Below, one piece after another: positions 16,146 to 25,098 of a DNA stretch of 64,000 bases; position 1 is the stretch's first letter; the number at the start of each line of letters is the position of its first letter. The position numbers and the translations under genes were made by a program. This DNA is from a virus: IMG/VR virus record IMGVR_UViG_3300042449_000993, positions 1-64,000 of that record. The stretch is one strand, 5' to 3'. A model generated the notes under the pieces. The model made no database searches and had not been told where the DNA came from. It saw only the letters and a program-made list of their open reading frames with translations.

Positions 16146-16745
16146 ATGAGTAAATTCACGATACCAAAACTCTATAATCCAGGAATTCTTCTTGGTAAAC
16201 TTCCTCAGCCGTTATATGAAACGATGCTGAGAGTTGTGCATAGTGAAGAAGCCAGATCAAACTCATTAAGTCATGATCTTGTTGGCAGTATTGATGATGA
16301 GTTTGCAACACCTTATGTGCCAGAATTTATACAATATATTTCAGAAATGTATGAAGAATGGAGAACAACATACTGCACAGAGGTTGCAGAATATTCAATT
16401 GGTCCTGTTTGGACTAATTACATGAAGAAAGGCGAGTTCAATCCAAATCACTCTCACCCTGGAGCACTTGCTGTGTTTGTTGTTTGGATGCAAATTCCAT
16501 ATGATATTGAAGAAGAAATGAATTATTCTTCTTATAACAATCCAAACTATTCTTCGAAAAATTCGTGTTTTGACTTCACTTATGCAACACTTGACGGTAC
16601 AATAAGAAATGAGGCTATATTCGTAGATAAGAATCATGAAGGCACTATTATGATGTTTCCATCCACACTTATTCATTGCGTTTATCCATTTAGAACAAGT
16701 GATGGTGAGAGGATTTCTATTGCGGGAAACATTTATAAAAAATGA
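16146..16745 (+). CDS. Putative 2OG-Fe(II) oxygenase
   Basis: FNPNHSH, FPSTLIHCVYP, ERISIAGN. Confidence 0.8.
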   Translation: MSKFTIPKLYNPGILLGKLPQPLYETMLRVVHSEEARSNSLSHDLVGSIDDEFATPYVPEFIQYISEMYEEWRTTYCTEVAEYSIGPVWTNYMKKGEFNPNHSHPGALAVFVVWMQIPYDIEEEMNYSSYNNPNYSSKNSCFDFTYATLDGTIRNEAIFVDKNHEGTIMMFPSTLIHCVYPFRTSDGERISIAGNIYKK

Positions 16746-17365
16746 AGACAGTATTAGATCAAGTTAAAATTTACGAAAACGCATTTTCTCAAGAAGAATT
16801 TAATGAGGGGATGTCTTGGGTTTCAAAGGCGAGATGGAAATCTAATCAAAGCAATCAAAAAGATGGCATTGATAATGATTGGGTTTCTCCAAATATTGAA
16901 TCATACTCACCCACTATCCGTCGATTTTGGGGTGCAGGTAGAATGTGGCACAAAGAAGAATTTTTCAATACGGTATGTTTAAATCGTATCAGAGAAATTA
17001 CAGGCGAACCAACTTTAGAATTAAATCATTTATTGCTGAACGGACAAACTGCGTGTCAAGATGGAGATCCGCATTTCGATAGTGAAATTGAAAATGCATA
17101 CACATTCATTTGGTTTCTAAACCCATATTGGGATTTTAGATGGGGCGGGCAGTTCGTTGCATTCGATCGCTACATTGATCCTGATACAAATGAAACCATA
17201 GTGCTGGATAAAAGTAAACATGTAACAGTGTTTCCAATGCCAAATTTGTGCGTATTCTTTCCAGCAAACATAATTCACTTTGCATTTGGTCCAACTAAAG
17301 ATTTTAGCGGAATGCGAATTTCAATGGCTTTTAAATTATATAAAAAAACTGAGGAATCAACATGA
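16742..17365 (+). CDS. 2OG-Fe(II) oxygenase (prolyl-hydroxylase-like)
   Basis: PHFD, WGGQF, IIH, RISMAFK. Confidence 0.8.
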   Translation: MKTVLDQVKIYENAFSQEEFNEGMSWVSKARWKSNQSNQKDGIDNDWVSPNIESYSPTIRRFWGAGRMWHKEEFFNTVCLNRIREITGEPTLELNHLLLNGQTACQDGDPHFDSEIENAYTFIWFLNPYWDFRWGGQFVAFDRYIDPDTNETIVLDKSKHVTVFPMPNLCVFFPANIIHFAFGPTKDFSGMRISMAFKLYKKTEEST

Positions 17366-18207
17366 GTTACACTGTGGGAATTATTGGTAAAGGATTTGTT
17401 GGTGGTGCCATGTATGAAAATTTTAAAGATGTTTTCAATACACTGGTTTGGGATACGGATGAAACAAAACGCACTGTTGCAACATTTCGAGAATTTGTTG
17501 ATAAATCCGACATTATTTTTGTTTGCGTTCCAACACCAAGTAGACAAGATGGTTCATGCGACATCAGCATTGTTGGTTCTGTGATTGACGACATTGCTCA
17601 AGTTGATCGCCGCAAGTATGTTGTCATTAAGTCAACTGTAACTCCAGGAACAACTGAACGTCTTGCATCTGATTTTCAGATGACGATCGGATTTAATCCA
17701 GAGTTTTTGACAGAAGCAAAGGCATATAATGATTTTCGAACTCAACCACTCATTGTGATTGGAGCAGATGATCCAGGTATCGCAACAGTCATGACTCAGC
17801 TTTATTATGAATTTAATAGCAAAGTTGATAATGTTGCGCATGTGATTCAAAGAACGACAAAAGAAGCAGAACTCTTTAAATATCTTGCAAACTGTTTCTT
17901 GGCAACTAAAGTCACCTTTGCAAACGAATTTAAAACTTTGTGTGATTCAATTGATGTTGATTATAACAAGATCTCTGAACTCGCTGTTCTGGATAAACGT
18001 TTGGGTCACACTCACTGGAGAGTTCCAGGACCTGATGGTAAACTTGGATTTGGTGGATCTTGCTTTCCGAAAGATACCGCAGCACTATTAAATTATTGCG
18101 AAGAAAATGGTATTCAGTTATGGCTTCTAACAGAAGCAGTTTATATCAACGATGATCTTCGCGATGGAAATATGTTTAAGTCTTTTGAGATTGTTGAAAA
18201 TAAATGA
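17362..18207 (+). CDS. UDP-glucose/GDP-mannose dehydrogenase family protein (short form)
   Basis: GIIGKGFVG, FVCVPTP, IKSTVTPG, FNPEFL, GFGGSCFPKD. Confidence 0.9.
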   Translation: MSYTVGIIGKGFVGGAMYENFKDVFNTLVWDTDETKRTVATFREFVDKSDIIFVCVPTPSRQDGSCDISIVGSVIDDIAQVDRRKYVVIKSTVTPGTTERLASDFQMTIGFNPEFLTEAKAYNDFRTQPLIVIGADDPGIATVMTQLYYEFNSKVDNVAHVIQRTTKEAELFKYLANCFLATKVTFANEFKTLCDSIDVDYNKISELAVLDKRLGHTHWRVPGPDGKLGFGGSCFPKDTAALLNYCEENGIQLWLLTEAVYINDDLRDGNMFKSFEIVENK

Positions 18208-18905
18208 TTTCTGTTATTGTTCCCACAATGTGGAAACATCCACCATTCTTGGAATTTTTCAAGAGTTTGGTTCACATCGGATGCATTGGTGAACTCATCA
18301 TCATCAATAACAATAAACAAGAAACTCCCAACGACTTGATTTTTTCTCATCCGAAGGTTAGAATACATAACTCAGAATCAAATTTATATGTTGCTCCCTC
18401 TTGGAATTTGGGAGCAAATCTTGCACAATTTGAGCATCTGGCTTTTTTGGGAGATGATGTGTTTGTAAACATCAACATCTTTCGAAAGGTTGATGATTTT
18501 TTATCGCAAGATGTTGAAGACAACGTTGGTATTGTGGGAACTGTCTTTCGATATGAAGGTGACGACACATACCAACGCTTTTACAGAGATGGAAATATTG
18601 ATATAATTTATATCCATGAAGGCGAGGTCGGAAAACGACCTAGTGCAGCGGGAATGGGGAATTTGTTTTTCATCAAGAAAAAGCATTGGAAAGAAATACC
18701 ATTCGTTAAGATATTTCACGGCGAAATACTACAATGGAATCGATTGGATCCGATTAAAAAAAATTATGTTGTGGTGAATTGTGATACGGATACACCATGG
18801 CATACTACTTGGAAAAATTTAGCAGAAGGAGTTGATCCGAATTTTAACCGAATTCAGTTACAAGATCAAGAATATTGTGAAAGTGTTAAATTCTATTTTG
18901 AGTGA
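18204..18905 (+). CDS. Glycosyltransferase family 2
   Basis: ISVIVPT, IIINN, SWNLG, FLGDD. Confidence 0.75.
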   Translation: MISVIVPTMWKHPPFLEFFKSLVHIGCIGELIIINNNKQETPNDLIFSHPKVRIHNSESNLYVAPSWNLGANLAQFEHLAFLGDDVFVNINIFRKVDDFLSQDVEDNVGIVGTVFRYEGDDTYQRFYRDGNIDIIYIHEGEVGKRPSAAGMGNLFFIKKKHWKEIPFVKIFHGEILQWNRLDPIKKNYVVVNCDTDTPWHTTWKNLAEGVDPNFNRIQLQDQEYCESVKFYFE

Positions 18906-18930
18906 TAAATAATTAAAACTAGAGATTAAT

Positions 18931-19497
18931 ATGAGTTTAGTATTAGTTGTAGACAAAGGTGGAATGCCGAAAGACTGGGTGAACTTTGAAATGGCGGCAT
19001 GTTACTATGCCAAAAAGAAAGTTATCTGGGAATTAGGCGAAAAGATGAAAACCATGCTCGGTGGTCACAATGAGCATGGCGAACAATCACGCATTGATAT
19101 TTCTTGCATCATTGGCGTAAGTGGTCCATTGCTAGGTGACAAATTCTACAATCAACAAACTAAATTTGCTGATCGAATGACATTATATGCTCGAGATTGG
19201 CATATCTGCGCTTATTGTGGAGATGAGTTTAGCACTAGCCAATTAACTATTGACCATGTTATGCCTAAATCTCGCGGTGGTGGGAATCAATGGAACAATT
19301 GCGTTACATCATGTCGGGCGTGTAACCATAAGAAAGGTGACAAAACGCCAGAAGAAGCGAAGATGCATCTGCTTTATGTTCCCTATGCACCAACTGTACA
19401 TGAGCGCATTCTTTTAAAGAATCGTAGAGTGCTTGCTGATCAAATGGAATATTTAAAAGCAAGCATCCCAAAGAACAGTCGTGTTTGGAGAAATTAG
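18931..19497 (+). CDS. HNH endonuclease
   Basis: CAYCG, TIDHVMPKSRGG, NCVTSCRACNHKK. Confidence 0.9.
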   Translation: MSLVLVVDKGGMPKDWVNFEMAACYYAKKKVIWELGEKMKTMLGGHNEHGEQSRIDISCIIGVSGPLLGDKFYNQQTKFADRMTLYARDWHICAYCGDEFSTSQLTIDHVMPKSRGGGNQWNNCVTSCRACNHKKGDKTPEEAKMHLLYVPYAPTVHERILLKNRRVLADQMEYLKASIPKNSRVWRN

Positions 19498-20036
19498 TGG
19501 ATTTTCTCTCACAAATTAAAGAATTTGAAAACGTTTTTAATCAGGAAGAATTAGAACTCATTGACAACATGTCTTGCCGTCCAAAATGGGAAATGGCTAT
19601 CAGTGGATCCTCTCCAAAAAGACCATTTTGGCGAATGAATCTAATGAATGATGAGTTGTTCACTCAAACTCTCTTTCAGAAAGTTTTACAGACGACTCAA
19701 TTAAATGCAACGTTGAATGACGTATACTTTAACGCTACAACGACTTCAATGTCTTCAAGCGTTCATGTTGATGCTCATGATGAGGATGTAAATGTTTTCC
19801 TTGTTTATATGAACAAAGAATGGAATATTGAATGGGGCGGTCAGACAGTATTCATAAATAGACATTACAGTAAACAACAAGATGGTCTCGTTGGAAATAA
19901 CGCAACAAAGATATTTTATCCTAGATATAATTCTGCGTTGCTGTTTAAAGGATATATCGCGCATTTTGCCGAAGCACCAACGAGATACTTCGAAGGATTT
20001 AGAATAACATTAGCATATAGGTTTAAAGTTTTATGA
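19485..20036 (+). CDS. 2OG-Fe(II) oxygenase (prolyl-hydroxylase-like)
   Basis: VHVD, WGGQT, IAH, RITLAY. Confidence 0.8.
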   Translation: MEKLVDFLSQIKEFENVFNQEELELIDNMSCRPKWEMAISGSSPKRPFWRMNLMNDELFTQTLFQKVLQTTQLNATLNDVYFNATTTSMSSSVHVDAHDEDVNVFLVYMNKEWNIEWGGQTVFINRHYSKQQDGLVGNNATKIFYPRYNSALLFKGYIAHFAEAPTRYFEGFRITLAYRFKVL

Positions 20037-20155
20037 GCACTGGTGGAAAAGGAAGTAAACCACGCCCATTGAGCGTGCCAAGAAAACAATTTGATGAAAA
20101 CTGGGAACGCATCTTCGGTCAGAAGAAGCAACCGAAACAAAAAACTGCGGGGTAG
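20033..20155 (+). CDS. Small basic phage protein (40 aa, not in ORF track)
   Basis: MSTGGKGSKPRPLSVPRKQFDENWERIFG...; ATGA-coupled to the upstream gene. Confidence 0.6.
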   Translation: MSTGGKGSKPRPLSVPRKQFDENWERIFGQKKQPKQKTAG

Positions 20156-20221
20156 ACTAGAGGTCAAGTCACTGGACTCATAATCCAGTTTCCGTTGGTT
20201 CGAATCCAACCCCCGCTACCA
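20146..20221 (+). tRNA. tRNA-Met(CAT), initiator-like
   Basis: CTGGA-CTCATAA-TCCAG; 1:72 mismatch (T/T); CCA. Confidence 0.85.
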
Positions 20222-20234
20222 TTTTGGAGTTATT

Positions 20235-20474
20235 ATGAAAGCAATCGTATGGTCGAAAACAAATTGCCCCTACTGCGTAAGAGCAGTCAATCTTTTAAAT
20301 TTAAAGGGGTACTTCATTGAAGAACGAAAGTTGGAATTTGGGTGGACTAAAGAGCAACTTCTTGAGTCAGTTCCAAATGCAAGAACAGTTCCTCAGATTT
20401 TTCTTGACGATGAGTATATTGGCGGTTATGATGACCTTGTGAAACACTTTGAGGTGAAAAATGGAACAACTTGA
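20235..20474 (+). CDS. nrdC: Glutaredoxin
   Basis: CPYC, TVPQIF, IGGYDDL. Confidence 0.9.
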   Translation: MKAIVWSKTNCPYCVRAVNLLNLKGYFIEERKLEFGWTKEQLLESVPNARTVPQIFLDDEYIGGYDDLVKHFEVKNGTT

Positions 20475-20622
20475 TATGTTTGAAGAATTAAAGCCAAAGA
20501 TCTACGAAAGCCCAGACAAAGGCAAAACTGTTTACGAAAGAGATTTTGGCGCAGAACCATCAACTCGTCGAGTTGTAAAGACTTCTGTGCAACAGCAGTG
20601 GGAAATTGTAACTAAAGAGTGA
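20461..20622 (+). CDS. Small conserved phage protein (not in ORF track)
   Basis: GAGGTG RBS; IYESPDKGKTVYER motif. Confidence 0.55.
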   Translation: MEQLDMFEELKPKIYESPDKGKTVYERDFGAEPSTRRVVKTSVQQQWEIVTKE

Positions 20623-20629
20623 TAAATTT

Positions 20630-21637
20630 GTGAAAATTCTATTTCATGCTGAGCAGTTAAATTATCGCGGAACAACTAACTCCATTCTAGAGTATGCTCA
20701 CTACAATCAAGAAATTTTGGGAAATGAGAGCGTCATCGTATATTCTCAAGAAAATCCTGAAGGTTTAGATGTTGGAAGTGTTCCTGCAGTCATCGATGAT
20801 GTGAGTAAAAAATTTAAACTCCTCACATACAATGACAACAATCATTTAAACGAAATTGCTTCAGGATACGATCTTTTCTACAGTCAACGTGCTGGTGAAC
20901 GAGTTGACTCTCACACAAAAAGAGAAAATGCAGTAATCACATCAACAAAGATGGGTGTGCATTGTGTGTTTCAATGGTACGACCCTCATGGTGATGTGTA
21001 TGCGTATATCTCTGAGTGGATGTCGCATAACGTTTCTAAAATGTACAATGCCCCTGTTCATCCATGGGTTCCATATATTGTAGATTTACCAGAGCCAGAT
21101 TACGATACAAGAACTGCTCTTGGTATTCCAAAAGATAAATTTGTCATTGGAAGATTTGGTGGTTACAAAACATTTGACTTACAATTTGTTCGGAACGTTG
21201 TAATCAGAGTTGCGCAAGAAAGAGATGATATTGTTTTCTTATTTGCAAACACGGAACCTTTTTGCGATCTACCAAATGTTATTTTCTTGGGACCATTCTT
21301 GGGAAATCAACAAAAGTCTAACTACATCAACGCATGTGATGCATTTATACACGCTAGATGGTTAGGTGAATCATTTGGATTAGCAATTGCGGAATCTCTT
21401 TTCTTCAACAGACCAGTTCTTGCATGTGATGTTGGATTTGATCGCAATCACGTTGAAACACTAAAGCCATTTGATCTCATTTATAGAGAGAATGATGAAG
21501 AAGATCTTTATAAAAAGATTACAACTTTGCGCAGTAAGATTGGAGTCAACTATAGAGAGTTGGCTGTAGAGAAATATAATCCCAAAAATGTGATGGCAAA
21601 GTTCAAAGAGGTTTTCATTGATGAGAAAGTTGATTAA
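20630..21637 (+). CDS. Glycosyltransferase, GT-B/GT4-like
   Basis: CDAFIHARWLGESFGLAIAE (ExFGL...E). Confidence 0.85.
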   Translation: MKILFHAEQLNYRGTTNSILEYAHYNQEILGNESVIVYSQENPEGLDVGSVPAVIDDVSKKFKLLTYNDNNHLNEIASGYDLFYSQRAGERVDSHTKRENAVITSTKMGVHCVFQWYDPHGDVYAYISEWMSHNVSKMYNAPVHPWVPYIVDLPEPDYDTRTALGIPKDKFVIGRFGGYKTFDLQFVRNVVIRVAQERDDIVFLFANTEPFCDLPNVIFLGPFLGNQQKSNYINACDAFIHARWLGESFGLAIAESLFFNRPVLACDVGFDRNHVETLKPFDLIYRENDEEDLYKKITTLRSKIGVNYRELAVEKYNPKNVMAKFKEVFIDEKVD

Positions 21638-22178
21638 TGTTAAACCGATTGAAGTTGCTCAACTCTTAGCGCAAAAGAAAATAGTTGCAATCTTCCAAGG
21701 AAGGTCAGAGGCAGGACCAAGAGCATTAGGAAATAGATCAATGCTCTATACTCCTGTTGATCCTGATGGCAGAGATCGCATTAACAAAATGAAGGGTAGA
21801 GAATTATTTCGCCCACTTGCCGCTTCAATACTTTACGAATATGCTGCTGATTGGTTTGATATGTCTCAAATTCCAGAAGCACCATATATGACGTATTCCT
21901 TTGCGGCGAAGGCAGATAAGACTGACGAGATTCCCTCAGTTATTCACGTTGATGGTTCGTGTAGAATTCAAACTGTTCGCAAAGAACAAAACGAACATTA
22001 CTATAATTTAATCTCTGCATTCAATGATCTAACTGGAGTTCCTCTTCTTCTAAACACATCATTTAATCTTGCTGGCGAGCCGATTGTAGAAACTCCATTT
22101 GATGCTCTTAAGACTTTTCATAATTCAGATATTGACGTTATTTACTTCCCAGAATTAAAAACGATTCTAGCAAAATGA
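21618..22178 (+). CDS. Carbamoyltransferase C-terminal (YrdC-like) domain, stand-alone
   Basis: GRSEAGPRALGNRS, KGRELFRP, HVDGSCRIQTV, LLNTSFNLAGEPIVETP. Confidence 0.9.
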   Translation: MMRKLINVKPIEVAQLLAQKKIVAIFQGRSEAGPRALGNRSMLYTPVDPDGRDRINKMKGRELFRPLAASILYEYAADWFDMSQIPEAPYMTYSFAAKADKTDEIPSVIHVDGSCRIQTVRKEQNEHYYNLISAFNDLTGVPLLLNTSFNLAGEPIVETPFDALKTFHNSDIDVIYFPELKTILAK

Positions 22179-23431
22179 GTTACTACACACTAGCAATTCA
22201 AACACTTGGACATGATGCCTCTGTAGCATTATTTGAAGATGAAAAACTCATTTTCTTTTTGCAAGCAGAAAGAGCGACTCGTAAAAAGAATGATGTGCTA
22301 TTTAATTTAAAACCATTTGAATACATTCGCAATAAGATCACCAAAAAAATAGATTTATTGGTTGCTCATGGATTTAAAACCATGAATACTCTTTTACCAG
22401 AAGAAAAGAGTTGTATGCAGATCTATGATAAAATTACTCAGATGTTTGAGTTTGGTAAAATAATTGAAACAAGCGAGCGTCGTGGAACAATCAATCTTAA
22501 AAATGATTTCACCAAATACTCTCATCATTGTAGTCATGCGATATCTGCATTTTATATGTCTCCATTTGACGAAGCAGTTTGCTTAATTGTTGATGCGCTA
22601 GGTTCTGGATATGTGATTCAAAACCCTAAAAACAATTTAGGGGTTGGTGGATCTGAGAACACTTCTATCTTAGAAATTGATTCAAGATATCGAAGAAATT
22701 ATCTCTATAAGAAATCTCAGTGCGGTCCTGTCTATGTGAAAGATTCAATCCCTGTTTATAGTTCGAATGGTGGAATAAGTGAGTTGATCGATCCTAAAAT
22801 TGGATTTGATAAAATTCCATATAAGTTTGATGCTTCGGCTCATATGGATATTGGTAACATGTATGAAACGATTACACGCCATCTTAAGATGGGAGCGAAT
22901 GGATATGGAAAGGTCATGGGATTATCAGCATATGGAAAGGCAGACAATAACTTGCCACCATTTCTTGTTGGTGATACCATCTACTCAAACAACAATCTAT
23001 TTGGTTGCGGAAGAGAATTGAATTACAATTTGTATCCTGAACTTTTTGACGAATTAACGTTTCAACAAAAGGCAGATCTGGCATATGAAGTTCAAAGAGC
23101 ATTGGAAAAAGTCTTTCTTCATCATGCACAATTTATCAAAGAGAATTCTAAAATTAGAAACTTGATTGTTGGTGGTGGCTGCGCTTTAAATATTCTGGGA
23201 GTTTCTATAATTAAAGAGAAGCATCCAGAATTTAACATTTTCGTTGATCCGATTGCAAATGATGCGACGCATTCAATCGGATTAGGCATTCATCACTATA
23301 ACGTAGAAAGAATGCAAGGAACATTGATTAAAAAACCACAAGGGCTGGAAACAATATATCTTGGTCCTGAATATGATTTAAACGAATTGGAACAAACTAT
23401 AGAACACTTTATGAACGAGGCAATTGTATGA
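22175..23431 (+). CDS. Carbamoyltransferase N-terminal (Kae1-like) domain, stand-alone
   Basis: HDASVAL, ERATRKK, HHCSHA, GKVMGLSAYG, GGCALN. Confidence 0.9.
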   Translation: MSYYTLAIQTLGHDASVALFEDEKLIFFLQAERATRKKNDVLFNLKPFEYIRNKITKKIDLLVAHGFKTMNTLLPEEKSCMQIYDKITQMFEFGKIIETSERRGTINLKNDFTKYSHHCSHAISAFYMSPFDEAVCLIVDALGSGYVIQNPKNNLGVGGSENTSILEIDSRYRRNYLYKKSQCGPVYVKDSIPVYSSNGGISELIDPKIGFDKIPYKFDASAHMDIGNMYETITRHLKMGANGYGKVMGLSAYGKADNNLPPFLVGDTIYSNNNLFGCGRELNYNLYPELFDELTFQQKADLAYEVQRALEKVFLHHAQFIKENSKIRNLIVGGGCALNILGVSIIKEKHPEFNIFVDPIANDATHSIGLGIHHYNVERMQGTLIKKPQGLETIYLGPEYDLNELEQTIEHFMNEAIV

Positions 23432-24078
23432 TTGAGTTTATAAAACATTTAAAGTCAAGAGGAATGCAATTTCCTATATGCTATGATGTGGGTGCATGCA
23501 ACGGTTCATGGAGTAATAAAGCGAAACGTGAGGTATTGCCTGAATCATCATTTTATCTTTTTGAAGCAAACGCTCACTATTTGTCTGATTTAATTGTTAC
23601 AGGACATTCATTCTTCTTGAATGTTCTTTCCAATGAAGGTCGTGAGTTTGTTGAATTCTATCCTGGATGCAATACTGGTGATTCATATTATAAAGAGACA
23701 ACAACTTGGTATGATGGCAAAACTCCAGTGAAGATGTCATGCACAACTTTAGACAAAATGATCGAAAATAAAGATCTTCCAGTTCCCAATTTGTTGAAAA
23801 TTGATACACAAGGTTCAGAATTGGATATTCTTTCTGCCGCAAAAAAAGTCATGGGAAAGACAGAATTGATTTTTTGTGAAACACCATTGATTGAATACAA
23901 TCAAGGTGCGCCGAACATTTCTGAGTATCTCACATTTTTTCGAGATTATGATTACATTCCTGTTGAATTGCTCGAAGTTCATCAGGCTGAGGGAATTATC
24001 TTTCAACTAGATTTTGCGTTCATGCTCCGATCGGCGAAGAATGAATTTCTGGGGGAATGTAAGACGATCAGAGTCTGA
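23428..24078 (+). CDS. FkbM-family methyltransferase
   Basis: YDVGACNG, FEAN, LLKIDTQGSELDIL. Confidence 0.85.
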   Translation: MIEFIKHLKSRGMQFPICYDVGACNGSWSNKAKREVLPESSFYLFEANAHYLSDLIVTGHSFFLNVLSNEGREFVEFYPGCNTGDSYYKETTTWYDGKTPVKMSCTTLDKMIENKDLPVPNLLKIDTQGSELDILSAAKKVMGKTELIFCETPLIEYNQGAPNISEYLTFFRDYDYIPVELLEVHQAEGIIFQLDFAFMLRSAKNEFLGECKTIRV

Positions 24079-24173
24079 GCCCGAATGGGGAGCTCTATCG
24101 CCCCTCCCCTCCCCTTTCCCTAGCCTAAAACAGCCCCTCTCTCGGGGCTTCTCCTTCGGTTTTACGGGGATCT

Positions 24174-24235
24174 CGTAAGTTATTGATTTTATTCGGTTTT
24201 TTACTATTGCTTTTGCAGTAGGTCTGGGGCATAAT
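24174..24235 (+). promoter_or_regulatory. IHF-consensus site plus sigma70-type early promoter
   Basis: CGTAAGTTATTGATTTT; TTGCTT(24207)-17nt-CATAAT(24230). Confidence 0.7.
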
Positions 24236-24284
24236 TGTCTTATCGGATGGGGAAACGGTCCCCGAAACTGAAGGAAAGAAAATT

Positions 24285-24659
24285 ATGGGTCTTACACTAA
24301 ATCAAATGAAGGCGAATCTGGCTCGTGAGCGTCAGGTTGTGAAGGATATGATCGGCGCCATGAAGGCGACGCGAGAAGCGATTAAAGCATCGCGTGCGAT
24401 GCAGAGTGCTCTGCGCGCTGAGATTCGTCGCGAGACGCAGATTAATCGCGTCGTGAAGGAAGATCATCGTCGCGCTGTGAAGGAAGCACGTGCGGCGAAG
24501 CGAGCCCAGCGAGTGGCTGATCGGATCGCGAAAGCGGAGGCGCGTCTTGCTGAGTTGCGCCTGAAGGCGACTGCCCCCAAGACGATTCGCAAGAATCAGC
24601 GAAAAGCCAGCCCTGTGAAGGTTTGGTCGGCTGATGAGATTGCTGCGCTGAATTCGTAA
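24285..24659 (+). CDS. Basic Arg/Ala/Lys-rich helical early protein
   Basis: AAGGA RBS, coiled-coil-like composition. Confidence 0.75.
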   Translation: MGLTLNQMKANLARERQVVKDMIGAMKATREAIKASRAMQSALRAEIRRETQINRVVKEDHRRAVKEARAAKRAQRVADRIAKAEARLAELRLKATAPKTIRKNQRKASPVKVWSADEIAALNS

Positions 24660-24716
24660 GTGATTGAATGGCAAGGGGTTTTTCCCCTTGCCTTTTCTCT
24701 TGCTGTGCGTTAGAAT
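24655..24716 (+). promoter_or_regulatory. Degenerate IHF site plus promoter overlapping a terminator hairpin
   Basis: CGTAAGTGATTGAAT; GGCAAGGGG/CCCCTTGCC hairpin; TTGCCT(24688)-17nt-TAGAAT(24711). Confidence 0.65.
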
Positions 24717-24748
24717 TGTTGTACAAGGTTGATGAAGGAACTTTTTTT

Positions 24749-24958
24749 ATGAGTAATGTGAATCCTCTTTTGTTGGCGAGCGTCAGCGATATCAAGACTC
24801 TGGTCTCCACTGGTGTGGTCAAACATGCTGATGCGATCGTTCGTGTGGATTTGGTTCTGGCTCGCAAGAGTTTGACCGATGGCAAGAAAGCACGATGGAC
24901 TCGTCTCCGCGAGTGGCTCGTGCGAGAGCAAGCCCAGACTGAAGCAGTGGTTGCTTAA
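24749..24958 (+). CDS. Hypothetical early protein
   Basis: AAGGA RBS before ATG 24749. Confidence 0.65.
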   Translation: MSNVNPLLLASVSDIKTLVSTGVVKHADAIVRVDLVLARKSLTDGKKARWTRLREWLVREQAQTEAVVA

Positions 24959-25098
24959 TGAAAGTCGTATTCAATAAGTTGTTAGGTGGTTGGTACATCG
25001 TCCGTGGTCGGCATCAGACTCCGATCAGTGGCAAGTTTGGCAGCAAGCAAGAAGCACTCGCATTCTTGCGGCAACGAAATCCGTTGCATAGCCTGTAA
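24958..25098 (+). CDS. Small hypothetical protein (46 aa, not in ORF track)
   Basis: TAATG-coupled; MKVVFNKLLGGWYIVRGRHQTPISG. Confidence 0.55.
   Translation: MKVVFNKLLGGWYIVRGRHQTPISGKFGSKQEALAFLRQRNPLHSL

Noticed and set aside
18931-19497. HNH gene as an intron-encoded homing endonuclease
   Set aside because: Flanking genes are intact and unrelated and no group I intron core is evident; treated as free-standing
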